Assembly: GCA_044229145.1 (NCBI GenBank)
Contig: JBGATO010000020.1
Coordinates: 1 to 54,864, forward strand
DNA length: 54,864 nt
Direction: 5' to 3'
Source: Candidatus Eiseniibacteriota bacterium
Lineage (GTDB): Bacteria; Eisenbacteria; RBG-16-71-46; CAZEPH01
Shown: piece by piece, positions 31,592-41,500 of the stretch
Layout: each line of letters opens with the position of its first letter
Position numbering within the stretch: the stretch's first letter is position 1
Notes under the pieces: model-generated
Told to the model about the DNA's origin: nothing
Databases searched by the model: none
What the model saw: the letters and a program-made list of their open reading frames with translations, nothing else
Translations under genes and position numbers: made by a program

Positions 31592-31777
31592 CGCGTGACC
31601 TCCTGTCCGCGAGCCGAGAGGCCGGCTGCGGTGAACCGCGGGGAGCGAGCGCGCGAGCGCTCGGCATGCGACAGGGTGGCCGGCTGGAGCGTGCCGGGAC
31701 CTCCGTGTCCGGGAATCCTTCCACATCCTGCGGAAGGTACGCGCTGCGTGGGGGGAGGCGCGCACTCCTCGGCCGGG

Positions 31778-31821
31778 ATTCTAGAAACGGCGTAGGGCTT
31801 CCCGCAAGTTCTGAGTATACT
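31778..31821. promoter_or_regulatory. Overlapping divergent promoters
   Basis: Minus strand TTGCGG(31807-31802)-N18-TAGAAT(31783-31778); plus strand TATACT 31816-31821, 9 nt before GTG 31831. Confidence 0.5.
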
Positions 31822-31830
31822 GCGTCCCGC

Positions 31831-33363
31831 GTGATGCTGAATTTGCCCACCCCATCCATTCCGCCGCCGCGCGACGCCTCGACCGTGGTCCTGCTGCGCC
31901 CCGCGCCGCAGGGCGCGGGCGTGCAGGTATTCTGGGTGCTGCGCTCGCCGACCACCTCGTACCTCGGCCGCTTCCACACCGTTCCGGGCGGGCGCGTGGA
32001 CCGCGCCGACGCGACGATTCCGGTGCGCGGTGCCGAGGGCGATGCCGCGCGCACGCGCGTCGCCGCCATCCGCGAGTTGTTCGAGGAAGCCGGCGTGCTG
32101 CTCGCGCACGGCGAGCGGTTTCCGTCCGCCGCCGATCGCGACACCGCACGCCACGCGCTGCTCGGTGGTTCGCAGACCTTCGCCGCGTTCCTCGAGCAGT
32201 ACGGCCTGGCGCTCGACGCCGCCGATCTCGAGGATGCCGGCCGCTGGGTGACGCCGCCGTTCAATCCGGTGCGCTTCGACACGCGCTTCTACCTCGCGTG
32301 GCTGCCCGAGGGCCAAGAGCCGTCGGTGTGGCCGGGCGAATTGGTGGACGGCGGCTGGATCGCGCCTCTCGACGCGTTGGACGAGTGGCGCGCCGGGCAG
32401 TCGCTGCTCACCCCGCCGACCTTGCACGTGTTCGGCTCGCTCGAGGCCGCGATGCGCGCCGGCGAACCGGCGTCCAGCTACGGCGAACGGCTGCGCAGGG
32501 TGCCGGCGGTGCAGCGCGGACCGACGCGCCGCATCGAGATGCGTCCCGGCATGTTCCTGGTGCCGCTCGAGGCGCCGACCCTGTGGCCGGCGACCCACAC
32601 CAACTGCTATGTCGTCGGCGGGCGCGACCTCGTGGTCGTCGATCCCGGCTCACCCGATGCCGGCGAGCAAGCGATCCTCGACGAGTTCCTCGACGCGTTC
32701 GTCGCCGAAGGCCGCTCCGTCGTCGCGACGCTGATCACGCACCATCACCGCGATCACTGGCTCGGCGCCGAACACGTCGCGCAGCGCTACGGCGTGCCGA
32801 TCCTCGGCGACGCGCAAACCGCCGGCCGCGCGCCGGTCACACAGGTGATCGCCGAGGGCTACACGGTCGATTTGCCGGCGCACGGTCACACACGCGCCCG
32901 GCGGCTGCGCGCGCTGCACACGCCGGGACACACCCGCGCCCACCTGTGCTTCCTCGAGGAGGAGACCATGACGCTGCTCGCGGGCGATCTGCTCGCCGGC
33001 ACCGGCACCGTCATCGTCGATCCGCCGGACGGCGACATGCGCGACTACCTGGCGTCGCTGCTGCGCCGCTTGCTGGAGTTGCCGCTGACCGCCGTCTTCC
33101 CCGGCCACGGCGCGCCAACCGGCGGCGTGCGCGAGCGGCTCGAGGAATACGTCGTGCATCGCCTCATGCGCGAAGAACGCATCGCCGGTGCGGTGGGCGA
33201 GGGCGCGACCGCGCTCGCCGACATCGTCGCCGCCGCGTACACCGACGTCGACGACACGAAGATGCATGCGTTCGCCGCGCGCTCGGCGCTCGCGCATCTG
33301 CTCAAGCTCGAAGCCGACGGCCGCGTCGCGCGCCGTGGCGATGACGCGTGGAGTCTGACGTGA
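31831..33363 (+). CDS. NUDIX hydrolase - metallo-beta-lactamase (LACTB2-like) fusion
   Basis: RDASTVVLL, PGGRVD...AAIRELFEEAG, RFDTRFY; MBL motifs THHHRDH, HTPGHT, AGD, PGHG; winged-helix-like tail. Confidence 0.9.
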   Translation: MMLNLPTPSIPPPRDASTVVLLRPAPQGAGVQVFWVLRSPTTSYLGRFHTVPGGRVDRADATIPVRGAEGDAARTRVAAIRELFEEAGVLLAHGERFPSAADRDTARHALLGGSQTFAAFLEQYGLALDAADLEDAGRWVTPPFNPVRFDTRFYLAWLPEGQEPSVWPGELVDGGWIAPLDALDEWRAGQSLLTPPTLHVFGSLEAAMRAGEPASSYGERLRRVPAVQRGPTRRIEMRPGMFLVPLEAPTLWPATHTNCYVVGGRDLVVVDPGSPDAGEQAILDEFLDAFVAEGRSVVATLITHHHRDHWLGAEHVAQRYGVPILGDAQTAGRAPVTQVIAEGYTVDLPAHGHTRARRLRALHTPGHTRAHLCFLEEETMTLLAGDLLAGTGTVIVDPPDGDMRDYLASLLRRLLELPLTAVFPGHGAPTGGVRERLEEYVVHRLMREERIAGAVGEGATALADIVAAAYTDVDDTKMHAFAARSALAHLLKLEADGRVARRGDDAWSLT

Positions 33364-35003
33364 GACGCGCACTCGCCGTCGCGGCGCTCGCGCTCGCCCT
33401 CGCCGGCTGCGGCGCGTCTCACGATGCGTACTTCGGGTCGACGCGCGCGCCGCAGGGCCAAGTCTTCACCTTCAACAACGGGACCGAGCCCGAGATGCTC
33501 GATCCCAACTTGATGGCGGGACAGCCGGATGGCCGCATCGCCCGCATGTTGTTCGAAGGGCTGACCGTCACCGATCCCAAGACCCAGCTGCCGGCACCTG
33601 GTGTCGCGCACAGCTGGGACATCACGCCCGATGGCCTGACGTACACGTTCCACCTGCGCGGCGACGCGCGCTGGAGCGACGGACATCCGGTGACGGCGGG
33701 CGACTTCGCGTACGGCTGGTGGCGCACGTTGTCGCCGCGGCTCGCCGCGCGCAATGCCGGCCTGATGACGCCGATCGTCAACGCCGACGCCTACAACAAG
33801 GGTGAGACCGCCGACAGCACGCAGGTCGGCTTCGCGGCTGTCGACGACACGACGTTCGTCGTCCGCCTCACGCACCCGACGCCCTACTTCCTCTCGCTGT
33901 GCTCGTTCTACATCTTCATGCCGGCGCCGCGCTGGTGCATCGAGCGGTGGGGCGACGCGTGGACACGGCCCGAGCACATCGTCAGCAACGGCCCGTTCGT
34001 GATGCGCGCGTGGCGGCAAGGCGACCGCATCGTCGCCGAACGCAATCCGCGCTATTGGGATCGCGCCAAGGTGCGGCTCGATCGCATCGTCGCGCTCGCG
34101 GTGGAAGATCTCAGCACGTCGGTCAATTTGTACAAGGCCGGCACCATCGACTGGTGCCCGTCCGGTTTCCTGCCGACGCAATACGTGCCGTACGTGCGTC
34201 ACCATCGCGACTACACCGACGCGCTGTTCCAGGCGACCTACTATTACTCGATCAACTGCACGCAGCCGCCGTTCGACAATGTCTACGTGCGGCGGGCGCT
34301 CAACGAGGCGCTCGATCGCGAATCCTTGTGCCGCGATTTGCTGCGCGGCGTGTATCCGCCGTACGGGCGCTTCGTGCCGCAAGGCTATCCCGGCTACGTG
34401 TCGCCGCCGGCGGTGCGATTCGATGTCACGCAAGCGCGCGCCGACCTCGCGCGCGCCGGCTTCCCCGACGGCAAGGGCTTCCCGCGCCTCGAAATCCTCT
34501 TCAACACCAGCGAGAATCACCGCCGCCTGGCCGAGGCCGTGCAGGCGATGTGGAAGAAGAACCTCGGCATCGACGTGCGTTTGTCGAACCAGGAGTGGGG
34601 CTCGTATCTGCAAGCGTGCACCGGTTTGCACTATCAGGTCGCGCGGCGGTCGTGGATCGGCGACTACCTCGACCCGACGACGTTCCTCAACGCCATGCGC
34701 ACCGGCGACGGCAACAACCGCACCGGCTGGTCGAACCCGCGCTACGACGCGCTGCTCGATCGGGCCGCGCACGAACCCGACGCCGCCACGCGCTCCGCGC
34801 TCCTCACGCAGTGCGAGGACATCCTCTTGCGCGATGCGCCATTGATTCCGATTTATCACTACACGACGACCGAGTTCATCAAGCCCTACGTGCGCGGCAT
34901 CTATCCGTCGGCGCTCGACTTCCACCTGCTCAAGGAAGTGTGGATCGACCACGACTGGCGCGCACACACCGACTCGACGCACGCGGAGGCCGCCTCGCGA
35001 TGA
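33360..35003 (+). CDS. oppA: Oligopeptide ABC transporter substrate-binding lipoprotein
   Basis: Lipobox LAGC, NNGTEPEMLDP, WSDGHPVTAGDF, SNGPF, RRSWIGDYLDP. Confidence 0.93.
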   Translation: MRRALAVAALALALAGCGASHDAYFGSTRAPQGQVFTFNNGTEPEMLDPNLMAGQPDGRIARMLFEGLTVTDPKTQLPAPGVAHSWDITPDGLTYTFHLRGDARWSDGHPVTAGDFAYGWWRTLSPRLAARNAGLMTPIVNADAYNKGETADSTQVGFAAVDDTTFVVRLTHPTPYFLSLCSFYIFMPAPRWCIERWGDAWTRPEHIVSNGPFVMRAWRQGDRIVAERNPRYWDRAKVRLDRIVALAVEDLSTSVNLYKAGTIDWCPSGFLPTQYVPYVRHHRDYTDALFQATYYYSINCTQPPFDNVYVRRALNEALDRESLCRDLLRGVYPPYGRFVPQGYPGYVSPPAVRFDVTQARADLARAGFPDGKGFPRLEILFNTSENHRRLAEAVQAMWKKNLGIDVRLSNQEWGSYLQACTGLHYQVARRSWIGDYLDPTTFLNAMRTGDGNNRTGWSNPRYDALLDRAAHEPDAATRSALLTQCEDILLRDAPLIPIYHYTTTEFIKPYVRGIYPSALDFHLLKEVWIDHDWRAHTDSTHAEAASR

Positions 35004-35917
35004 TCGCCTACATCATCCGCCGCGTCGCACTCATGGTGCCAACGTTGTGGGCAGTGCTCACGCTCACCTTCTTCCTCGTGCATGCCGCGCCCGGTGGCCC
35101 GTTCCTCGGGGAGAAGGACATTCCCGAGGCGGCGAAGGCGGCGCTGACGCAGCGCTTCGGTCTCGACAAGCCGGTGGGCGAGCAGTACGTCAGCTATCTC
35201 GCACACGCGGCGCGGCTCGACTTCGGACCGTCGTACAAGCGGCCGGCGCGGCAGGTGCGCGACATCATCTTCGAGGCGCTGCCGGTGTCACTGACGCTTG
35301 GTGGCCTGGCGCTGGCGCTCGCGCTGGCGCTCGGGATCCCGCTCGGCGTGCTCGCCGCGGCGAAGCAGAATCAACTGCCGGACTATGCGGCGATGTCGGT
35401 GGCGCTGTTCGGGCTCAGCGTGCCGAACTTCGTGCTCGGGCCGCTGCTGGTGCTCGTGTTCTCGCTGACGTTCTATTGGTTCCCGCCGGCGCTGTGGCAT
35501 GGCTGGCGCTTTCAGGTGTTGCCTGTCGTGACGCTGTCCGCGATCTACACCGCGTACATCGCGCGCCTCACCCGCGGCGGGATGCTCGAAGTTCTCGGGC
35601 AGGATTACATCCGCACTGCACGCGCCAAGGGATTGAGCGAGCCGCGCGTAGTGTTCGGCCACGCGTTGAAGCCGGGCATCTTGCCGGTGGTGTCGTTCCT
35701 CGGGCCGGCCACCGCGAACATCGTCACCGGTGCGATCGCGGTCGAGAGCATCTTCGCGGTGCCCGGGCTCGGCTCACTGCTCAAGACCGCGGCGTTCAAT
35801 CGCGACTACACGCTGGTGCTCGGCATCGTGGTGTTCTACGCGCTGCTGCTGATGACGCTGAACTTGCTGGTCGACATTGCGTACACGCGGCTCGACCCGC
35901 GCGTGGAGTTGCGATGA
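35000..35917 (+). CDS. oppB: Oligopeptide ABC transporter permease
   Basis: APGGPF, DFGPSY, DYIRTARAKGL, NRDY, DPRV. Confidence 0.94.
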   Translation: MIAYIIRRVALMVPTLWAVLTLTFFLVHAAPGGPFLGEKDIPEAAKAALTQRFGLDKPVGEQYVSYLAHAARLDFGPSYKRPARQVRDIIFEALPVSLTLGGLALALALALGIPLGVLAAAKQNQLPDYAAMSVALFGLSVPNFVLGPLLVLVFSLTFYWFPPALWHGWRFQVLPVVTLSAIYTAYIARLTRGGMLEVLGQDYIRTARAKGLSEPRVVFGHALKPGILPVVSFLGPATANIVTGAIAVESIFAVPGLGSLLKTAAFNRDYTLVLGIVVFYALLLMTLNLLVDIAYTRLDPRVELR

Positions 35918-36807
35918 GCACCGCCGCCGTGATCCGGGAGCGCGACGCCGCGGGCGCGAGCCTGTGGCAGGACGCGTGGCGCCGCCTGCGCCGCAACCGG
36001 CTCGCCGTGTGGTCCGGCGTGTTCCTGCTGGTGGCGGCGACGTTCTCGTTCGCCGCGCCGCTCTTGCCGTTCCTGCGCGATCCGGCGGCGCAGGACCTCG
36101 CGCTCGGGCCGACCGGGCCGAGCCTCGCGCACTGGTTCGGCACCGATCTCCTCGGCCGCGACATGTTCGCGCGCGTGTTGTTCGGCGGACGCATCTCGCT
36201 CAGTGTCGGACTCGTCGGCACGTTGGTGTCGATGACCATCGGCCTGACCTACGGCGCGGTGAGCGGCTACGCCGGTGGCCGCACCGACGACGTGATGATG
36301 CGCATCGTCGACACGCTCTACTCGCTGCCGTATCTCTTCCTCGTCATCTTGCTGCTGGTGTTTTTCTCGAATTCGCTCGTCATGCTTTTCATCGCGCTCG
36401 GCGCCGTGCAATGGCTGACGATGGCGCGCATCGTGCGCGGGCAAGTGTTGACGATCAAGGAGCAGCAGTTCGTGGAGGCAGCGCGGGCGCTCGGCGCGTC
36501 GTCGGCGCGGATCGTGTTCCGCCACATCGTGCCGAACGTGCTTGGCCCGGTGATCGTGTACGCGACGCTGACGATTCCGGCGGTGATGTTGCAGGAGGCG
36601 TTCCTCTCGTTCCTCGGCCTCGGCGTGCAGCCGCCGGCGGCGTCGTGGGGCTCGCTGGTGTCTGAAGGCGCGACGTTGCTGGCGTTCTTCCCGGGGTTGA
36701 CGGTGTTTCCAGGGTTGGCGCTGTCGATCACGCTCCTGTGTTTCAACTTCCTCGGAGATGGCCTGCGCGATGCGCTGGACCCGCGCGACAAGAAGCGCGG
36801 CGTGTAG
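35914..36807 (+). CDS. oppC: Oligopeptide ABC transporter permease
   Basis: SLWQDAWRRL, HWFGTDLLGRD, EAARALGAS, EAFLSFLGLG, GDGLRDALDPR. Confidence 0.94.
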   Translation: MSTAAVIRERDAAGASLWQDAWRRLRRNRLAVWSGVFLLVAATFSFAAPLLPFLRDPAAQDLALGPTGPSLAHWFGTDLLGRDMFARVLFGGRISLSVGLVGTLVSMTIGLTYGAVSGYAGGRTDDVMMRIVDTLYSLPYLFLVILLLVFFSNSLVMLFIALGAVQWLTMARIVRGQVLTIKEQQFVEAARALGASSARIVFRHIVPNVLGPVIVYATLTIPAVMLQEAFLSFLGLGVQPPAASWGSLVSEGATLLAFFPGLTVFPGLALSITLLCFNFLGDGLRDALDPRDKKRGV

Positions 36808-38602
36808 CCTGGTCGCGTGGGCGAGCGCCGCTCACGCCACCGCGACGCCGGAGGCGCAGCGCGTCATCGACCGCTACCTCGACGCCACCGGCGGCCGCGC
36901 CGCGTTCGCCGCCGAGCGTGTGGTGCACCAGCGCGCGACCGCACACGGTTTCGGACTCGAGGGCACCGCGGAGTCGTGGCTGGTGCAGCCGGATCGCCAA
37001 TACACCATCGCGCATCTCGGACCGCTGACCATCGAGCAAGGTGTGGCGGGTGCGCGGGCGTGGCATCGCATCGCGGGTTCGCCGCTGCAATGGTCGGATG
37101 GCAAGGATCTCGACGCCGACCTCGCGGATGCGTGGTTTGAAGCCGAGCGTTGGTGCGAGCCCGATCACGGCGGCGGCGATGTCGCGCTCGCTCCGGCGGA
37201 TGCGCCACGTCAGCCCGGCGGCGAGACGCTGCGCATCACGCCACCGCGCGGCGCCGCGCGCCTCGTCGAGTTCGATGCGCACGGGTTCGCGGTGCGTGCC
37301 ACCACCAAGCGCGATCAGCTCACGATGGTGTTCACGAGTGGCGAGTACCGGCTCGACGCGGGCCGCGTGCGGCCGCATCGCGAGGAACAGCAGGTGGTGG
37401 AGTCGCCGGCCAACGCGCTCCGGCTCGACATTACGTTCACCGAGGCGAACGTCGCGGTGCCGGACTCGCTGTTCGCGCCGGCGGCAGCGACGGCGCGCGA
37501 ATTCGCGCCGGGTGCATCGCGCGTCGTCGCGGCGATGGCGCCGGATGCGCCGGTGCCGATGGTGCGTGCCTCGCTCAACGGTGCCGCGCCGGCGTGGTTC
37601 CTCATCGACACCGGCAGCACGTTGAGCGCGCTCGACTCGGTGTACGCGGCGTCGCTCGGCTTGCAGGGCGCCGGCACCGTGCAGGTGCAAGGCGTCGGCG
37701 CGCAGGCGGCGATCCATCTCGTGCGGCTCGACTCGCTGACGATCACCGGTGAGGACGACGCACGCTTCGTCGTGCGAGGCATGCACTGCACCGTCACGCA
37801 CTTCGGCGATGAACTCGCCGAAGGCCAAGGCCCGCGGCTCGCCGGCATCCTCGGCGGCGACGTTTTGGCGCGCGCGGTGATCGACCTCGACTTCGACGCC
37901 GGCACGGTGGGGTTCGTGGCGCGCGAGGCGTACGCGCCGCCGCCCGGCGCCGACACGCTGCGCCTCGTGCTCGGCAATGGCGTGCCGGTGACCGAGGCCA
38001 CGCTCGACTCCGCGGATACCGGACTCTTCCGGCTCGACAGCGGGAGCGCCAACGGCGTCGATCTGCACCGCGCGTTCGCGGCGGCACACGATGTCGCCTC
38101 GCGCGCCGCGTGCGCGGTGCACGCGGAGGCACTGGGGCTCGGCGGCGCGGTCGCGTTGCGCTACTTCCGCGCCCGCGCGCTCACACTCGGCGCGCGCACG
38201 GTGCGCGTGCCGCTCGCCTCCACCAGCGCGAGCGCGGTGGGCGCCTTCGCGAGCGAGGACTACGCCGGCAACATCGGGGTCGAAATCCTGCGCCACTTCC
38301 GGTGCGCGTTCGACTACGAGGGGCGCAGGGCCTACCTCGCGCCGTCGCAGGCGTTCGGCGACACCCTGCGCCGCGACGACGGCCTGGCGCTGGTGCCCGA
38401 GCGCGCCGGATGGCGCGTCCTCGCCGCGGTGCGACGTGGCGGGCCGCACGCCGGCGACCTCCTCGAAGCGCTCGACGGCGAGACCGTCTGCGTGCTCTCG
38501 AGCCGCCAATTGGCGTCCCGCCTCGACCGCGCCGACGGCAAAGTTCGGCTCGCCCTCCGGACCGCCGACGGCCGCGCCCGCGAGATCCGCTACACGCCCT
38601 GA
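36770..38602 (+). CDS. Secreted aspartyl protease with two retropepsin-like domains and a degenerate PDZ-like tail
   Basis: FLIDTGS...GILG and FRLDSGS...GNIG; N-terminal YLDATGG domain; GDLLEALDG tail; start overlaps oppC. Confidence 0.8.
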   Translation: MRWTRATRSAACSLVAWASAAHATATPEAQRVIDRYLDATGGRAAFAAERVVHQRATAHGFGLEGTAESWLVQPDRQYTIAHLGPLTIEQGVAGARAWHRIAGSPLQWSDGKDLDADLADAWFEAERWCEPDHGGGDVALAPADAPRQPGGETLRITPPRGAARLVEFDAHGFAVRATTKRDQLTMVFTSGEYRLDAGRVRPHREEQQVVESPANALRLDITFTEANVAVPDSLFAPAAATAREFAPGASRVVAAMAPDAPVPMVRASLNGAAPAWFLIDTGSTLSALDSVYAASLGLQGAGTVQVQGVGAQAAIHLVRLDSLTITGEDDARFVVRGMHCTVTHFGDELAEGQGPRLAGILGGDVLARAVIDLDFDAGTVGFVAREAYAPPPGADTLRLVLGNGVPVTEATLDSADTGLFRLDSGSANGVDLHRAFAAAHDVASRAACAVHAEALGLGGAVALRYFRARALTLGARTVRVPLASTSASAVGAFASEDYAGNIGVEILRHFRCAFDYEGRRAYLAPSQAFGDTLRRDDGLALVPERAGWRVLAAVRRGGPHAGDLLEALDGETVCVLSSRQLASRLDRADGKVRLALRTADGRAREIRYTP

Positions 38603-38701
38603 GCGGATCCAGCCCACAAGTCCAGTTGACAGCACGCCGCCGGCGCGGGACGGTTCACGTCGCCGCTCCCGCCGTATCGTCACGTCTGCGAGGATCGTCC
38701 G

Positions 38702-40861
38702 ATGATTCGCCGCCTTTCGCTGGCCGCGCTCGCGGCCCTGACGTTCGCTGCTCCCTCGTTCGCCGCGCACGCGGTGCGGCCGGCTGCGCCCACGGAAAAG
38801 CGTCCGGTCGCCGACACACTATGGGGCGTGAAGGTCCACGAGGACTACCGGTGGCTCGAGTCGTGGAGTGATCCGGCGGTGCGCGCCTGGAGCGAGGCGC
38901 AGAACGCGCGCACGCGCGGCTATCTCGACTCGCTGCCCGATCGCCCCGCGATCGCGGCACGGCTGCAGGAGCTCACGCGCAGCATCGCGCCGTCGTATCG
39001 TGGATTGACGCGCGCGGGAGACTGGTTCTTCGCGATCAAAGACCAACCGCCGCGCGAACAGCCGTTCCTCGTGCGCCTCACCTCCGTGGACGACACCGCT
39101 TCGGCGCGCGTGGTATTCGATCCGACCGTGTTCGATTCGAGCGGCCACAGTACGATGGACTTCTTCGTCCCGAGTCACGATGGCAGCAAGGTCGCGATTT
39201 CGATCAGTGCCGGCGGCACCGAGAGCGGCAGCGTGTACGTGTTCGACTGCGCGACCGGCGCGCAGATTGGTGAGCCGGTGCCGCGCGTCAATGGCGGCAC
39301 CGCGGGCGGCGGGCTCGCGTGGAACGCCGACGGCAGCGGCTTCTTCCGCACGCGCTATCCCGCGCCCGGCGAGCGGCCGGAAAGCGACCTCGCGTTCTAC
39401 CAGCAAGTCTACTTCCACCGCCTCGGCACCCCGGACGCGCAGGACACGCCGGTGCTCACCCACGGCCTGCCGAAGATCGCCGAGATCGCGCTGAGCGGCA
39501 CCGACGATGGCACGCACGTGATCGCCCATGTCGAAAATGGCGACGGCGGCCAGTACGCGTTCTATCTGCTCGACGCGGCGGGCGGCGCGACCAAGATCTG
39601 CGGATTCGCCGACGGCATCGTCGTCGCGCACGCGGCCGCGGATGGCATCTACCTGTTGTCGCAGAAGCGTCACGGCACCCGCGAGATCCTGCGCGTGCCG
39701 TACGCGACGCCGACCTTGGCGCACGCGAGCCGCGTGATCGCCGCGTCGCCGCGCGCGGCCATCGAGAATTTCGCCGTCACGCCGTCCGCGATCTACACGC
39801 GCGACATTCTCGGCGGCCCGTCCCGCGTACGCGTCTTCACGCATCGCGGCGTGCTGCGCGGTTCGTTGCCGCTGGGGCCGGTGGAAGCGGTCACCGGTTT
39901 CTGCAGCGGTGGCGACGGCACCTTGCTCGTACAGCGCGAATCGTTCACGACGCCGTCGGCGTGGTGGCGCTACACGCCGCGCACCAAGCGCCTCACGCGC
40001 ACCCAACTCGAGGAACGCTCACCCGCGACGTTCGCCGGTGTCGAAGTGCTGCGCGCCTTCGCGCGCTCGAAGGACGGCACGCGAGTGCCGATGAGCATCC
40101 TGCTCAAGGCCGGCACCAAACTCGATGGTCACAATCCGACACTGCTCACCGGCTACGGCGGCTACGGCATCTCCCGTCGCCCGCGCTTCCGCGCCGAGAC
40201 GCAGGCGTGGCTCGAACAAGGCGGAATCTTCGTCACCTCGCACATCCGCGGCGGCGGCGAATACGGCGAGGCGTGGCACCGCGCCGGCAACCTCACCAAG
40301 AAGCAGCACGTGTTCGACGACTTCATCGCCTGCGCCGAATACCTGATTCGCGAGAAGTTCACGTCGCCACAGCACCTCGCCATCGAGGGCGGGTCGAACG
40401 GCGGATTGTTGATGGGCGTGGTGATGGTGCAACGGCCGGAGCTGTTCCGCGCCGTCCTCTCGCACGTCGGCATCTACGACATGCTGCGCGTCGAGCTGAC
40501 GCCCAACGGCGAATTCAACACGACGGAATTCGGCACCGTGAAGAAGCGCGACGAGTTCCGCGCGCTCTACGCCTACTCGCCGATCCACCACGTCCGCGAC
40601 CGCGTCGCGTATCCCGCCACGATGTTCACCACCGGCCAGAACGACCCGCGCGTGGATCCCGCCAATTCGCGCAAGATGACGGCGCGCTTGCAGGCGGTGC
40701 CGGCGTCGCTGGCGCCGGTCCTCTTGCGCACGTCATCGACCACCGGGCACGGCGGCGGCTCGCCCTACTCGGCGCGCATCGCGCTCAGCGCCGACGGCTT
40801 CGGCTTCCTGTTCGACCAACTCGGCGTGAAGTACCAGAAGCCGGCGGAGCCGGCGCAGTAG
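38702..40861 (+). CDS. Prolyl oligopeptidase (S9A), secreted
   Basis: Signal peptide, DYRWLE, SKDGTRVPM, GYGG, RGGGEYG, GGSNGG, NDPRV, TGHGG. Confidence 0.95.
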   Translation: MIRRLSLAALAALTFAAPSFAAHAVRPAAPTEKRPVADTLWGVKVHEDYRWLESWSDPAVRAWSEAQNARTRGYLDSLPDRPAIAARLQELTRSIAPSYRGLTRAGDWFFAIKDQPPREQPFLVRLTSVDDTASARVVFDPTVFDSSGHSTMDFFVPSHDGSKVAISISAGGTESGSVYVFDCATGAQIGEPVPRVNGGTAGGGLAWNADGSGFFRTRYPAPGERPESDLAFYQQVYFHRLGTPDAQDTPVLTHGLPKIAEIALSGTDDGTHVIAHVENGDGGQYAFYLLDAAGGATKICGFADGIVVAHAAADGIYLLSQKRHGTREILRVPYATPTLAHASRVIAASPRAAIENFAVTPSAIYTRDILGGPSRVRVFTHRGVLRGSLPLGPVEAVTGFCSGGDGTLLVQRESFTTPSAWWRYTPRTKRLTRTQLEERSPATFAGVEVLRAFARSKDGTRVPMSILLKAGTKLDGHNPTLLTGYGGYGISRRPRFRAETQAWLEQGGIFVTSHIRGGGEYGEAWHRAGNLTKKQHVFDDFIACAEYLIREKFTSPQHLAIEGGSNGGLLMGVVMVQRPELFRAVLSHVGIYDMLRVELTPNGEFNTTEFGTVKKRDEFRALYAYSPIHHVRDRVAYPATMFTTGQNDPRVDPANSRKMTARLQAVPASLAPVLLRTSSTTGHGGGSPYSARIALSADGFGFLFDQLGVKYQKPAEPAQ

Positions 40862-40876
40862 GCGGCGCGGGCGGCG

Positions 40877-41500
40877 CTACGATGCGGTGTCGCCCGCCTC
40901 CGCCGCCGTCCGGCACGCCAACCTGCACACATGCTCCTCGCAACACCGCGCGCGCGGCTCGTAGTCCAGCACGTTGCCGCGGCGGTCGAACGCCACGTGG
41001 CAGCAGTCGAGCACCAACGCCCGCAATCGCCGCCGCGCCCGCTGCACGCGCGATTTCGCGCCGGACACGCTGACGCCCCAGCGTCGCGCCAACTCCGTCT
41101 GCGGCACGCCCTCGATGTCCGCCAGCCGCACCGCCTCGCGATCCGCCGCGTCGAGCGCCGGCAGGAAGTCCGCGAGCCAGCCCGCGACCGTCGCCGTCAT
41201 CGTCGTGTCGTCGTCTTCGGGCAGCGCGAGTTCGTCATCGACGGGCGTTGCCTCGCCACGCGTCGCGCGGTGGCGGTAGAAGTCGATCAACGCATGCCGG
41301 GCGATGCGGAACACCCACGGTCCGACGCGTTCGCCAGCCCGCAACGTCGGGAGGTGGCGATGCACGCGGAGGAAAACGTCCTGCACGAGGTCGTCGGCGT
41401 CGTGCGGCTCGGGGACGCGGCGTGCGAAGTAGCGGCGCACGTCGGTGGCGAAGGCCTCCCAGACGTGCGCCGAACTCGCGGCGCCCGGCGCGACGCTCAC
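40877..41500 (-). CDS. sigZ: ECF RNA polymerase sigma factor, SigZ-like, with Cys-rich C-terminus
   Basis: DDLVQDVFL, WVFRIARHALIDFYR, SVSGAKSRVQRAR, tail CCHVAFDRRG...CCEEHVCRLAC; SD-less GTG coupled to the upstream peptide stop. Confidence 0.88.
   Translation of the reverse strand: MSVAPGAASSAHVWEAFATDVRRYFARRVPEPHDADDLVQDVFLRVHRHLPTLRAGERVGPWVFRIARHALIDFYRHRATRGEATPVDDELALPEDDDTTMTATVAGWLADFLPALDAADREAVRLADIEGVPQTELARRWGVSVSGAKSRVQRARRRLRALVLDCCHVAFDRRGNVLDYEPRARCCEEHVCRLACRTAAEAGDTAS

Noticed and set aside
32580..33200. Antibiotic resistance calls for the MBL domain or the penicillin acylase
   Set aside because: The MBL is a cytoplasmic NUDIX-fused LACTB2-like type, and acylase substrate cannot be inferred from sequence.
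38626..38631. TTGACA upstream of prolyl oligopeptidase
   Set aside because: No convincing -10 at 16-18 nt spacing.
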